NCBI GenBank assembly: GCA_028826165.1
Contig: JAPDFW010000054.1
Coordinates: forward strand, 186,001-250,000
Source: Anaeramoeba ignava BMAN
Taxonomy: Eukaryota; Protista; Anaeramoebae
DNA: 64,000 nt
Direction: 5' to 3'
Made by a program: the position numbers and the translations under genes
The notes under the pieces: model-generated
Databases searched by the model: none
Told to the model about the DNA's origin: nothing
The model's input: only the letters and a program-made list of their open reading frames with translations
In this document: positions 52,102-64,000 of the stretch, one piece after another
How positions within the stretch are numbered: the first letter of the stretch is position 1
Layout: each line of letters begins with the position of its first letter

Positions 52102-55100
52102 ATGAACAAAGATAATAAAGATAATAAAGATAATAAAGATAATAAAGATAATAAAGATAATAAAGATATTCAAGATATTAAAGATATTCAAGATATTCAA
52201 GATAATAAAAATATTCAAGATATTCAAGATATTCAAGATAATAAAGATATTCAAGATATTCAAGATAATCAAGATATTCAAGATAATAAAGATATTCAAG
52301 ATAATAAAGATATTCAAGATATTCAAGATATTCAAGATAATAAAGATATTCAAGATATTCAAGATAATAAAGATAATAAAGATATTAAAGATAATAACAA
52401 GAAAAAAACTATTCTTGAACTTATTGAAGAAAATAATTTCCAAAAATTAAAAGAGTTTAGTTTAATTCCAGAAAATGAATTGAAAAAAGATGGAAAACCA
52501 ATTTTACATTTTGTATTAGAAAAACCAACTTCAAAAGAAATGATTGAATTTTTGATTTTGAAAGGTGTAGATCCAAATTTGACTGATAAAAACGGAAGAA
52601 ATTCATTACACATTGCATGTCAAAGCGAAAACATTTCCATTGAAATTATTGAATTATTAACTTCATCAGGAATTGATATTAATTCAAAAACAAATGAAAA
52701 TCAAACAGTTTTACATTATGCTTGCCAAAGTGAAAATATTTCAATTGAAATTATTAAATATTTAATTTCATCAGGAATTGATATTAATTCAAAAACAAAT
52801 GAAAATCAAACAGTTTTGCATTATGCTTGTGAAAATGAAAATATTTCACTTGAAATTATTAAATATTTAATTTCATTAGGAATTGATATTAATTCAAAAA
52901 CAAATCAAAATGAAACAGCTTTACATTTTGCATGTTTAAATAATATTTCCATTGAAATTATTAAATATTTAATTTCATCAGGAATTGATATTAATTCAAA
53001 AACAGATAATAATGAAACAGTTTTACATTTTGCATGTAAAAATTCAAATATTTCCATTGAAATTATTAAATATTTAATTTCATTAGGAATTGATATTAAT
53101 TCAAAAACAAAATATAATGAAACAGCTTTACATATTGCTTGCAAAAATGCAAATATTTCACTTGAAATTATTAAATATTTAATTTCATCAGGAATTGATA
53201 TTAATTCAAAAACAAAATATAATGAAACAGCTTTACATATTGCTTGTTTAAATCCAAATATTTCCATTGAAATTATTAAATATTTAATTTCATCAGGAAT
53301 TGATATTAATTCAAAAGCAAAACTAAATGAAACAGTTTTACATTATGCATGTAAAAATGAAAATATTTCACTTGAAATTATTAAATATTTAATTTCATTA
53401 GGAATTGATATTAATTCAAAATCAAAACTAAATGAAACAGCTTTACATTATGCATGTAAAAATGAAAATATTTCCATTGAAATTATTAAATATTTAATTT
53501 CAAAAGGAATTAATATTAATTCAAAAACAAGATTTTTTAATCAAACAGCTTTACATATTGCTTGTAAAAATGAAAATATTTCCATTGAAATTATTAAATA
53601 TTTAATTTCATCAGGAATTGATATTAATTCAAAAACAGATAATAATGAAACAGTTTTACATTATGCATGTGAAAATCCAAATATTTCACTTGAAATTATT
53701 AAATATTTAATTTCATCAGGAATTGATATTAATTCAAAAACAAATGAAAATGCAACAGTTTTACATTATGCTTGTAAAAATCAAAATATTTCCATTGAAA
53801 TTATTGAATATTTAATTTCATCAGGAATTAATATTAATTCAAAAACAAATAATAATGAAACAATTTTACATTATGCTTGTAAAAATGAAAATATTTCACT
53901 TGAAATTATTAAATATTTAATTTCATCAGGAATTGATATTAATTCAAAAACAAATGAAAATGCAACAGTTTTACATTATGCTTGTAAAAATCAAAATATT
54001 TCCATTGAAATTATTGAATATTTAATTTCATCAGGAATTGATATTAATTCAAAAACAAGATATAATGAAACAGCTTTACATATTGCTTGCAAAAATGCAA
54101 ATATTTCCATTGAAATTATTAAATATTTAATTTCATTAGGAATTGATATTAATTCAAAAACAAATAATAATGAAACAATTTTACATTATGCTTGTAAAAA
54201 TCCAAATATTTCACTTGAAATTATTAAATATTTAATTTCATTAGGAATTGATATTAATTCAAAAACAAATCAAAATGAAACAGCTTTACATATTGCTTGT
54301 AAAAATCCAAATATTTCACTTGAAATTATTGAATATTTAATTTCAAAAGGAATTGATATTAATTCAAAAACAAATGAAAATCAAACAGCTTTACATTATG
54401 CTTGTAAAAATGAAAATATTTCACTTGAAATTATTAAATATTTAATTTCATCAGGAATTGATATTAATTCAAAAACAAATGAAAATGCAACAGTTTTACA
54501 TTATGCATGTGAAAATCCAAATATTTCACTTGAAATTATTAAATATTTAATTTCATCAGGAATTGATATTAATTCAAAAACAAATAATAATGAAGCAGCT
54601 TTACATATTGCTTGTTTAAATCCAAATATTTCATTTGAAATTATTAAATATTTAATTTCATCAGGAATTGATATTAATTCAAAAACAAAATATAATGCAA
54701 CAGCTTTACATATTGCTTGTGAAAATCCAAATATTTCACTTGAAATTATTAAATATTTAATTTCATCAGGAATTGATATTAATTCAAAAACAAAATATAA
54801 AAATTCAAACAGCTTTACATTATGCTTGTAAAAATCCAAATATTTCAATTGAAATTATTAAATATTTAATTTCATCTAGGAATTGATATTAATTCAAAAA
54901 CAAATTGTAATGCAACAGTTTTACATATTGCTTGTTTTAATCCAAATATTTCCACTTGAAATTATTAAATATTTAATTTCATCAGGAATTGATATTAATT
55001 CAAAAACAAATGAAAATGAAACAGTTTTACATATTGCTTGTTTAAATCAAAATATTTCACTTGAAATTATTAAATATTTAATTTCATCAGGAATTGATAT

Positions 55101-58100
55101 TAATTCAAAAACAAATCAAAATGCAACAGCTTTACATATTGCTTGTCAAAATGAAAATCCAAATATTTCCATTGAAATTATTAAATATTTAATTTCATCA
55201 GGAATTGATATTAATTCAAAAACAAATCAAAATGAAACAGTTTTACATTATGCTTGTCAAAATAAAAATGAAAATATTTCATTTGAAATTATTAAATATT
55301 TAATTTCATCAGGAATTGATATTAATTCAAAAACAAATCAAAATCAAACAGCTTTACATATTGCTTGTCAAAATAAAAATGAAAATATTTCCATTGAAAT
55401 TATTAAATATTTAATTTCATCAGGAATTGATATTAATTCAAAAACAAATAATAATAAAACAGCTTTACATATTGCTTGTTTAAATAAAAATATTTCAATT
55501 GAAATTATTAAATATTTAATTTCATCAGGAATTGATATTAATTCAAAAATAAATCAAAATCAAACAGCTTTACATATTGCATGTGGAAATCCAAATATTT
55601 CACTTGAAATTATTAAATATTTAATTTCATCAGGAATTGATATTAATTCAAAAACAATTGAAAATCAAACAGCTTTACATTATGCATGTAAAAATGAAAA
55701 TATTTCCATTGAAATTATTAAATATTTAATTTCATCAGGAATTGATATTAATTCAAAAACAAAACAAAATAAAACAGCTTTACATATTGCTTGTTAAAAT
55801 CAAAATATTTCCATTGAAATTATTAAATATTTAATTTCATCAGGAATTGATATTAATTCAAAAACAAATGAAAATGCAAACAGTTTTACATTATGCTTGT
55901 AAAAATCCAAATATTTCACTTGAAATTATTAAATATTTAATTTCATCAGGAATTGATATTAATTCAAAAACAAATCAAAATCAAACAGCTTTACATATTA
56001 CTTGTAGAAATCCAAATATTTCCATTGAAATTATTAAATATTTAATTTCATCAGGAATTGATATTAATTCAAAAACAAAACAAAATAAAACAGCTTTACA
56101 TATTGCTTGTCAAAATGAAAATCCAAATATTTCCATTGAAATTATTAAATATTTAATTTCATCAGGAATTGATATTAATTCAAAAACAAATGAAAATGCA
56201 ACAGCTTTACATTATGCTTGTCAAAATAAAAATGAAAATATTTCATTTGAAATTATTAAATATTTAATTTCATCAGGAATTGATATTAATTCAAAAACAA
56301 ATCAAAATCAAACAGCTTTACATATTGCTTGTTAAAATCAAAATATTTCACTTGAAATTATTAAATATTTAATTTCAAAGGAATTGATATTAATTCAAAA
56401 ACAAATGAAAATCAAACAGCTTTACATATTGCTTGTGAAAATAAAAATATTTCAATTGAAATTATTAAATATTTAATTTCAAAAGGAATTGATATTAATT
56501 CAATAACAAAACAAAATATAACAGCTTTACATTATGCTTGTCGAAATCCAAATATTTCAATTGAAATTATTAAATATTTAATTTCATCAGGAATTGATAT
56601 TAATTCAAAAACAAATTTTAATCAAACAGCTTTACATATTGCTTGTGAAAATCAAAATATTTCACTTGAAATTATTAAATATTTAATTTCATCAGGAATT
56701 GATATTAATTCAAAAACAAATAAAAATCAAACAGCTTTACATTATGCTTGTAAAATCAAAATATTTCCATTGAAATTATTAAATATTTAATTTCATCAGG
56801 AATTGATATTAATTCAAAAACAAATTGGAATGCAACAGCTTTACATATTGCTTGTCAAAATCAAAATCCAAATATTTCCATTGAAATTATTAAATATTTA
56901 ATTTCATCAGGAATTGATATTAATTCAAAAACAAATCAAAATGAAACAGCTTTACATATTGCTTGTTTAAATCCAAAATATTTCCATTGAAATTATTAAA
57001 TATTTAATTTCATCTGGAATTGATATTAATTCAAAAACAAATAATAATGAAACAGCTTTACATACTGCTTGTAAAAATAAAAATATTTCACTTGAAATTA
57101 TTAAATATTTAATTTCATCAGGAATTGATATTAATTCAAAAACAAATAAAAATGAAACAGCTTTACATATTGCTTGTTTAAATCAAAATATTTCCATTGA
57201 AATTATTAAATATTTAATTTCATCAGGAATTGATATTAATTCAAAAACAAATGAAAATAACAAAACAGCTTTACATTATGCTTGTAAAAATAAAAATATT
57301 TCACTTGAAATTATTAAATATTTAATTTCATCAGGAATTGATATTAATTCAAAAACAAATCTAAATGAAACAGCTTTACATACTGCTTGTAAAAATAAAA
57401 ATATTTCACTTGAAATTATTAAATATTTAATTTCATCAGGAATTGATATTAATTCAAAAACAAATATAATCAAACAGCTTTACATATTGCATGTAAAAAT
57501 GAAAATATTTCACTTGAAATTATTAAATATTTAATTTCATCAGGAATTGATATTAATTCAAAAACAAATGAAAATAACAAAACAGCTTTACATATTGCTT
57601 GTAAGAAATCAAAATATTTCACTTGAAATTATTAAATATTTAATTTCATCAGGAATTGATATTAATTCAAAAACAAATTGGAATGAAACAGTTTTACATA
57701 TTGCTTGTCAAAATGAAAATATTTCATTTGAAATTATTAAATATTTAATTTCATCAGGAATTGATATTAATTCAAAAACAAATCAAAATGAAACAGCTTT
57801 ACATATTGCTTGTGAGAAATCCAAATATTTCACTTGAAATTATTAAATATTTAATTTCATCAGGAATTGATATTAATTCAAAAACATATCAAAATGAAAC
57901 AGCTTTACATATTGCTTGTCAAAATGGAAATCCAAATATTTCACTTGAAATTATTAAATATTTAATTTCATCAGGAATTGATATCAATTCAAAAACAAAT
58001 TGGAATGAAACATCTTTACATTTTGCTTGTAAAAATCCAAATATTTCCATTGAAATTATTAAATATTTAATTTCATCAGGAATTGATATTAATTCAAAAA

Positions 58101-59683
58101 CAAAATATAATGAAACAGTTTTACATATTGCTTGTCAAAATGAAAATATTTCATTTGAAATTATTAAATATTTAATTTCATCAGGAATTGATATTAATTC
58201 AAAAACAGATTGGGATTCAACAGCTTTACATTTTGCTTGTTTAAATCCAAATATTTCACTTGAAATTATTAAATATTTAATTTCATCAGGAATTGATATT
58301 AATTCAAAAACAAATTGGAATGAAACAGCTTTACATTATGCTTGTGAAAATCCAAATATTTCCATTGAAATTATTAAATATTTAATTTCATCAGGAATTG
58401 ATATTAATTCAAAAACAGATAATAATAAAACAGCTTTACATATTGCTTGTAAAAATGAAAATCCAAAATTAATTCAATTATTATTAATGAATGATTCAAA
58501 TTTTTTTGATTTTTATAAAATTCCTCAACTTTTTCTTGACAGATTTCCTAAAATTTATTCAATTAATGAAGATATGAATAATTTATTAAAATCAAATGAA
58601 TTTTCAGATTTTTCAATTCAATTCAATGATTATTCAAAAATTAAAGTTCATAAATTAATTATATTAAGAAGATTTGATAATAATGAATCAATTTTAAAAG
58701 AATTTGTTAAAATTTGCAGAATAAAACCAAAAAAAGATGTTCAACTAGCTTTAAATTTTCTTTATAGTGGATTTGCTAATTTTGATCATTTTTCTGAAAG
58801 ATTTCAAAATTTAATGAATTATAAAAAGCAAAAAGAAAAACAAAACAGAAAAAGAAAGAAAAAGAGATTGAACAACAAGAAAATGGAATAATTGAAGATA
58901 TTTTTGGAAAATGTGGATTAAATTCAGAATGGATTCAACAAAAAAAAGGGAGAAGAGGAATATTGAAAGATTTACAAAAATTATATCAAGAAGAATCAAC
59001 AAAAGATTTTAAAATAATTTGTGAAGATGAAAAAGAAATCAAAGTTCATAAATTAATATTAATAATAAGAAGTGAATTATTTAAAGGAATGTTTTTAAGT
59101 GTTAATGATTCATCTAAATCAAGTTCATGATTATACAGGAAAATCATTTGAAACATTAAAACAATTAATTTATTTTCTTTATAATGATAAAATTGAAGAA
59201 GAAACAAAAATAACAAAAGAAAATCTTGAAGAATATGTTGATTTAAAAGATTTTTATCAACTAAATCAAAATACAATTTTAAGTTCATATTTAATTGATT
59301 TCTATTTTGAAAAAGATTCAAAACAAGATTCAATCAAGGATTTAAAAGAAGATTCAAATGAAGATTCAAATGAAGATTTATATGAAGATTCAAATGAAGA
59401 TTTATATGAAGATTCAAATGAAGATTTATATGAAGATTTATATGAAGATTCAAATGAAGATTCAAATGAAGATTCAAATGAAGATTCAAATGAAGATTCA
59501 AATGAAGATTCAAATGAAGATTCAAATGAAGATTCAAATGAAGATTCAAATGAAGATTTATATGAAGATTTATATGAAGATTTAAAACAAGATTTAAAAG
59601 AATTTAAAAAACAAATGAACAGAAAAATCAAAAGATTACTCAAAAAAAGATTTGAACAAGATTTAGAACAATATTTTAAATAA
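52102..59683 (+). CDS. Giant ankyrin-repeat (~57 x 34 aa) + BTB-BTB protein with KDN/QDI N-terminal and EDSN/EDLY C-terminal repeats; many frameshifts and two in-frame TAA codons in this sequence
   Basis: 102-bp repeat encoding TALHxAC..N.IS.EIIKYLISSGIDINSK; then FSDFSI..KVHKLII..LNFLYSG and KDFKI..KVHKLILIIRSELFKGMF..IYFLYND. Confidence 0.85.
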
Positions 59684-60330
59684 TATTTAAAATAATATTT
59701 AAAATAATATTTAAAATAATATTTAAAATAATATTTAAAATAATATTTAAAATAATATTTAATATAATATTTAAAATAAGATTCAAAACAATATTTAAAA
59801 TAAGATTCAAAAGAATATTTAAAATAAGATTTAATATAATATTTAAAATAATATTCAAAATAAGATTTAATATAATATTTAAAATAATATTCAAAATAAT
59901 ATTTAAAAGAAGATTTAAAATAATATTTAAAATAATATTTAAAATAATATTTAAAAGAATATTTAAAACAATATTTAAAACAAGATTTAAAATAATATTT
60001 AAAATAATATTTAAAATAATATTTAAAATAATATTTAAAATAATAATTAAAATAATAATTAAAATAATATTTAATAAGATTTAAAATAATATTTAAAATA
60101 ATATTTAAAATAATATTTAAAATAATATTTAATATAATATTTAAAAGAATATTTAAAATAAGATTTAAAAGAATATTTAAAATAATATTTAAAATAAGAT
60201 TCAAAATAATATTTAAAATAATATTTAAAATAAGATTTAAAAGAATAAGAAAAATAAAAATTTTATTTTTAAAATAAGATTCAAAATAATATTTAAAATA
60301 ATATTCAAAATAAAATTTAAAATAATATTC
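59678..60330. repeat. 12-bp tandem repeat (AAATAATATTTA and variants) following the ANK-BTB stop codon
   Basis: Directly visible; in register with the coding AAACAAGATTTA units. Confidence 0.9.
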
Positions 60331-60488
60331 AAAAGAGAAAAGAAGAATGAAAAAGAAAAAAGAAGAATAAAACATTTTATTTTTTAATTAATAAAAGAAA
60401 AAATAAAAATAAATTTTTTTTTCATTTTTCTTCTTTATTTTATTTTTGCTTTTCAATCAAAATTTGTTTTAAAAAAAAGATAATTAAA

Positions 60489-60560
60489 ATGATTTTTAAA
60501 AGTTATTTTTTCTTTATTGTAAATTTAAAAGTGTTTTATTATTTTTCATCCCTTTTCCTT

Positions 60561-60609
<49 letters not shown>

Positions 60610-63600
60610 TATTTATTTTTTATTTAAAAAAAAGATCATTCTTTTTACCATTTCAAAAATTAATTGTTTAAGTGAAAGTAACTAAAAAGAAAAAAAGAAA
60701 GAAAAAAGAAATTTAAAAAAAAATTATAATTAAAAAATTGGTTTATTTTATTAATTTAGTATTTTGCCCTTCAAATTTTACTTGGAATGCAATTAATTCA
60801 AATAGTGAAGTTTATTTGAGGACTTGTTGTTCAGGAATAAAAAATTATACTATTCAACTTGGAGCTTCTGCTTTAAAACATATTCAAGACGTTAGTTTAA
60901 ATTAAACTTTTTTTTTTTGCTTTTTTTTTGATGAAAATTTTCTATTTTCTTTTAGACAACTTTTTATCCAATAGATCCAATTCCATCAGATTCTCAATGT
61001 ACTTCTAATAAAGAATTAATGTTTATATTTAATGAACCATTTATTGTAAAAAGAAAAAGAAAAAGAAAAAAGAAAAAAATAAAAATTAATTTTCTTTGTT
61101 TGTTTTTTGGATAGTTTAATGAATCACAAAATATTGTTTTTAATGGAACAGGATATGACACATATTTTATATTTATGGAAACAGTATTTATGGGATCAGA
61201 AGTTTACTTTTACGGTTCAACATATTTTCAAATTGAATACATTCCAAAACTTGAAAGTATTTGCCCTCTTTTCAATATCATAAATTCCTCAAGTGTTTAT
61301 TTTGAAGATGTTAATGTGATTGATGCAGGGAATTGCACTAATGCTAGTGAACCTTTAATTATGATGGTTGATAGTCAAATTGAAATTGAATCAATACTCC
61401 ATAAATCTCAACAGTTTCTTTATATGCAAAACCCGACAGCAACAGGATTAACTTCTACAATTCATTTTCCAGTGGGAAACCCGAGTAGTACGTATATTGT
61501 TGTTGAAAACCCAAGAGTTCTTTCATTAGAAGAGAAAAATGTTCTCAATATTAAATCGGAAGTAGATATTAATACTATAGATTTAACTGGAGATGCGATT
61601 TACTTTTATTACCACTTTTCTTCTGATATTAATTCATTAACTGTTACAAATGGAGCTCTTGGGGTTGATGACTCAGTATATTTTGATTCTATTTTACTTA
61701 TTGGGGATGTGATATTTTATGGAAACAATTTCGAAATCCAAACTTTATATTTAGATTCTAATTCTGAGATAACTTCAAATGCTTCTTTGCTCATGGATAC
61801 GATTGATGCAGAAGATGTAAGCCTGAATTTTAATGGAGATACAGAAATTTATATGATTTTAGATCCTGAACTTGTATCAATTTATGTTGATGATTGCAAC
61901 CTTTATATCGATGATATTGATTCACCATTTTATATAAATAAAATTACATTAAAAAATTCAGCTACTTTTGAATGCAATAATTATATTGATATAGATGAAT
62001 TTTGTGGTGACAGGTCTTTATCCACAAATCAAAAATTCGGGTGTTTACATTTACCAAATATATATTGAATCTGATTTGAAGATAGACGATTCACAAGTCC
62101 AATTTTATGATGTTTCTGGATATTTAATTCATTCTCTTTTTCTTCTTAATAATGCAGAAATTTATTTTGATTTATTACAAGAATTTACATTAGAAAATGT
62201 TGCTTGTGAAAATTGTGGAATTTACTCAAACAGTTGGACTTTTATTAACAATTTGGTTTCCAATTCAGAAATTTATTTAGACGGCTATTTTGAGTTAGTT
62301 TCTCTTCTAAATTCATCAATGATAGAATTTGAAGATGCTATAATAAGAATGAAAAGTGGAATTGAAATTGTTCCAAAAGCATATTTTGAGCTTTTGATTT
62401 GGGAAACAATTCTATATTTAGAAATGGATGAATTGAAAGTTGATCATTTTGAATCAGAAGATATAATCGTATATGGAAACGGAACAAATTCAATTCGTAT
62501 TTTAGATTATATGGTAACTGATTATGATGAATTTGATGATATCAATCTTATTATGGAAACTTCAGATTTTGGTTCTTATTATCCAGAAGGATCCAGAACA
62601 GATTTTTATAATTCTAATATATCATTTCAAGAGTCAATAGTTCTTAATACTGATTTAGCACTCTCCAATACATCTATAACAATAGAAAATTTTTCAATAC
62701 CTTTAAATTGTAGTTTATTGCTTATGGATTGTTTCGATTGTGCTCAAATTAATTGGTTCAATGTTTCAGGAGGTTTAATTATCTTCGATTCTTCATTATC
62801 CCTTGAAATCTATTCAAATTCTCAAATTTTTGAATTTGCTGTATTAAACTCTTCTTTTTCATTAATAAATCCACAAGATTCCTACAACATTTCGATTTTA
62901 TACATCTCAAATGGCTCAATATCTAATATGAATATGACTATTGATACTTTGTATTTGAGTTATTATCTCAAAATGGAAAATTCATTTATTACAATGGAAA
63001 ATACTAGACAACTATATTTAGAATCAGAATATTTGCAAGTTTTTGGAGATTATATCTCAGGTATGGTAGTCAACTCAGGTGAAGTCGATTCGAATTTTAC
63101 TTTGGAATTAAATGCATTTAATATCACTTTTAACATATCTTATTTTGATGTAGAGGATGGAGGAGGAGCCATACTTTCTAACAACTCTTGTATATCTTTT
63201 GGTGAATATACATCATCAGTAGTTTTTGAATATCTCACTATTAATAACTCAATTATAGATTGTTATCAGGATTTAATTATCGGAAATCTTATTATTATCG
63301 GTGATTCTCATTTATTTGCTGATGAGATAGGAATATTTTTCAGTTTTTTCTATCAAGATTTTGATATAGAGGATATGTTTATTTATTTTGAATTTGGTGT
63401 AATTTTTGATTCTCCAATTAAAATTTCAAATTCAGTTTTAATTTTTGATTATGAAGAAGCAAAATTTTCTTCTGAAGTTACATTTGAAAATATTGAAATA
63501 TATAATAATGCATTATTAGGCTTCGTATCAAATTTCACTATAAATGGATCATTTTTTCTTTATAATGAAGGAGCACTTTATTTTTTTTCATATCCAGTTG

Positions 63601-64000
63601 ATTTAAATGAAACAAAATTACAAAATGAAAATGAGGGAGAAATTCCATTTTTTATTATCAAAGGAGATATTTACAATGAAGGAGCTATTTACTTACCTGG
63701 ATTTTTATACATAAATGGATCTTTTGTTAATGATTATTCTGAATCCTATATATATTTTGAACAAGATTGTGGAATGGAAGTTGATAATTTCCTTTTTTTT
63801 GGTGGAGAGATCGAAGCAGATAATTTAGGAGGATATTTAACAGTCAAGAAAAATTTTATTTGGGAAAATGGAGCTATTACACAAATAAAACTTCAATATA
63901 TTGGTGGTGTTTTTACATCAGGAGAAATAGGTATTTATGATTCTGAAATTATATGCAATGATACAACAATCATAAGTGCATCAATTTATATGGATAGCTC
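60489..64000 (+). CDS. Large secreted/surface protein rich in beta-strand repeats (possible beta-helix), 3'-partial; four short 5' exons, then a long exon from ~61115 with a likely 1-bp error near 62001
   Basis: The spliced N-terminus MIFKSYFFFIIILFTISKINCLSE is signal-peptide-like; many N-x-S/T sequons. Removing one T in GAATTTTGTG gives a frame (…FVVTGLYPQIKNSG…IESDLKIDDS…) that appears open to the window end. Confidence 0.7.

Noticed and set aside
52590-58470. Constant-repeat/variable-spacer pattern resembling a CRISPR array
   Set aside because: The period is 102 bp in codon phase and encodes ankyrin repeats; the 'spacers' are homologous to each other; no cas genes; eukaryotic context
59302-60375. 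357-aa minus-strand ORF rich in Y/F/K
   Set aside because: Antisense reading of 12-bp tandem repeats
5076-62068. Multiple frameshifts (USP, RCC1 copy, DCAF1, ANK-BTB, secreted protein) as programmed frameshifting or mass pseudogenisation
   Set aside because: Mostly single-base indels in homopolymers or repeats, including in conserved genes; typical of long-read consensus error. Needs polishing to confirm.

Overview
Very AT-rich eukaryotic (protist) genomic DNA using the standard code, with GT-AG spliceosomal introns. It is not prokaryotic; no rRNA, tRNA, CRISPR array or transposase was recognised. About 17 genes are supported: a CTL/SLC44 transporter (partial), PRA1, a large USP deubiquitinase, two tandem RCC1-BTB-BTB paralogs (one disrupted), an SLC35F5-like transporter, a HUN/Hpc2-like low-complexity protein, SF3B1, histone H2B, a CH-RasGAP-PH protein, a tandem-OsmC protein, an MBL-fold hydrolase, a tandem thioredoxin, a 7TM protein, a coiled-coil protein, DCAF1/VprBP, a giant ankyrin-BTB-BTB gene, and a large secreted protein (partial). 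Introns and intergenic DNA are filled with hexamer microsatellites and AT satellites. Scattered 1-bp frameshifts suggest long-read consensus errors. The gene content and a TCA(T)n initiator-like motif suggest an Anaeramoeba-like metamonad (inference only). Best leads: (1) about 57 ankyrin repeats that vary almost only at DARPin-type binding positions, fused to the same BTB-BTB module carried by the RCC1 genes, suggesting a diversifying Cullin-3 receptor repertoire; (2) a prokaryote-like double OsmC and a USP that both end in CaaX boxes; (3) an H2B lacking the K120 ubiquitination lysine, downstream of a CCAAT palindrome; (4) a thioredoxin active site built from 5-nt and 15-nt micro-exons; (5) sequence exchange between coding NQ repeats and intronic microsatellites.
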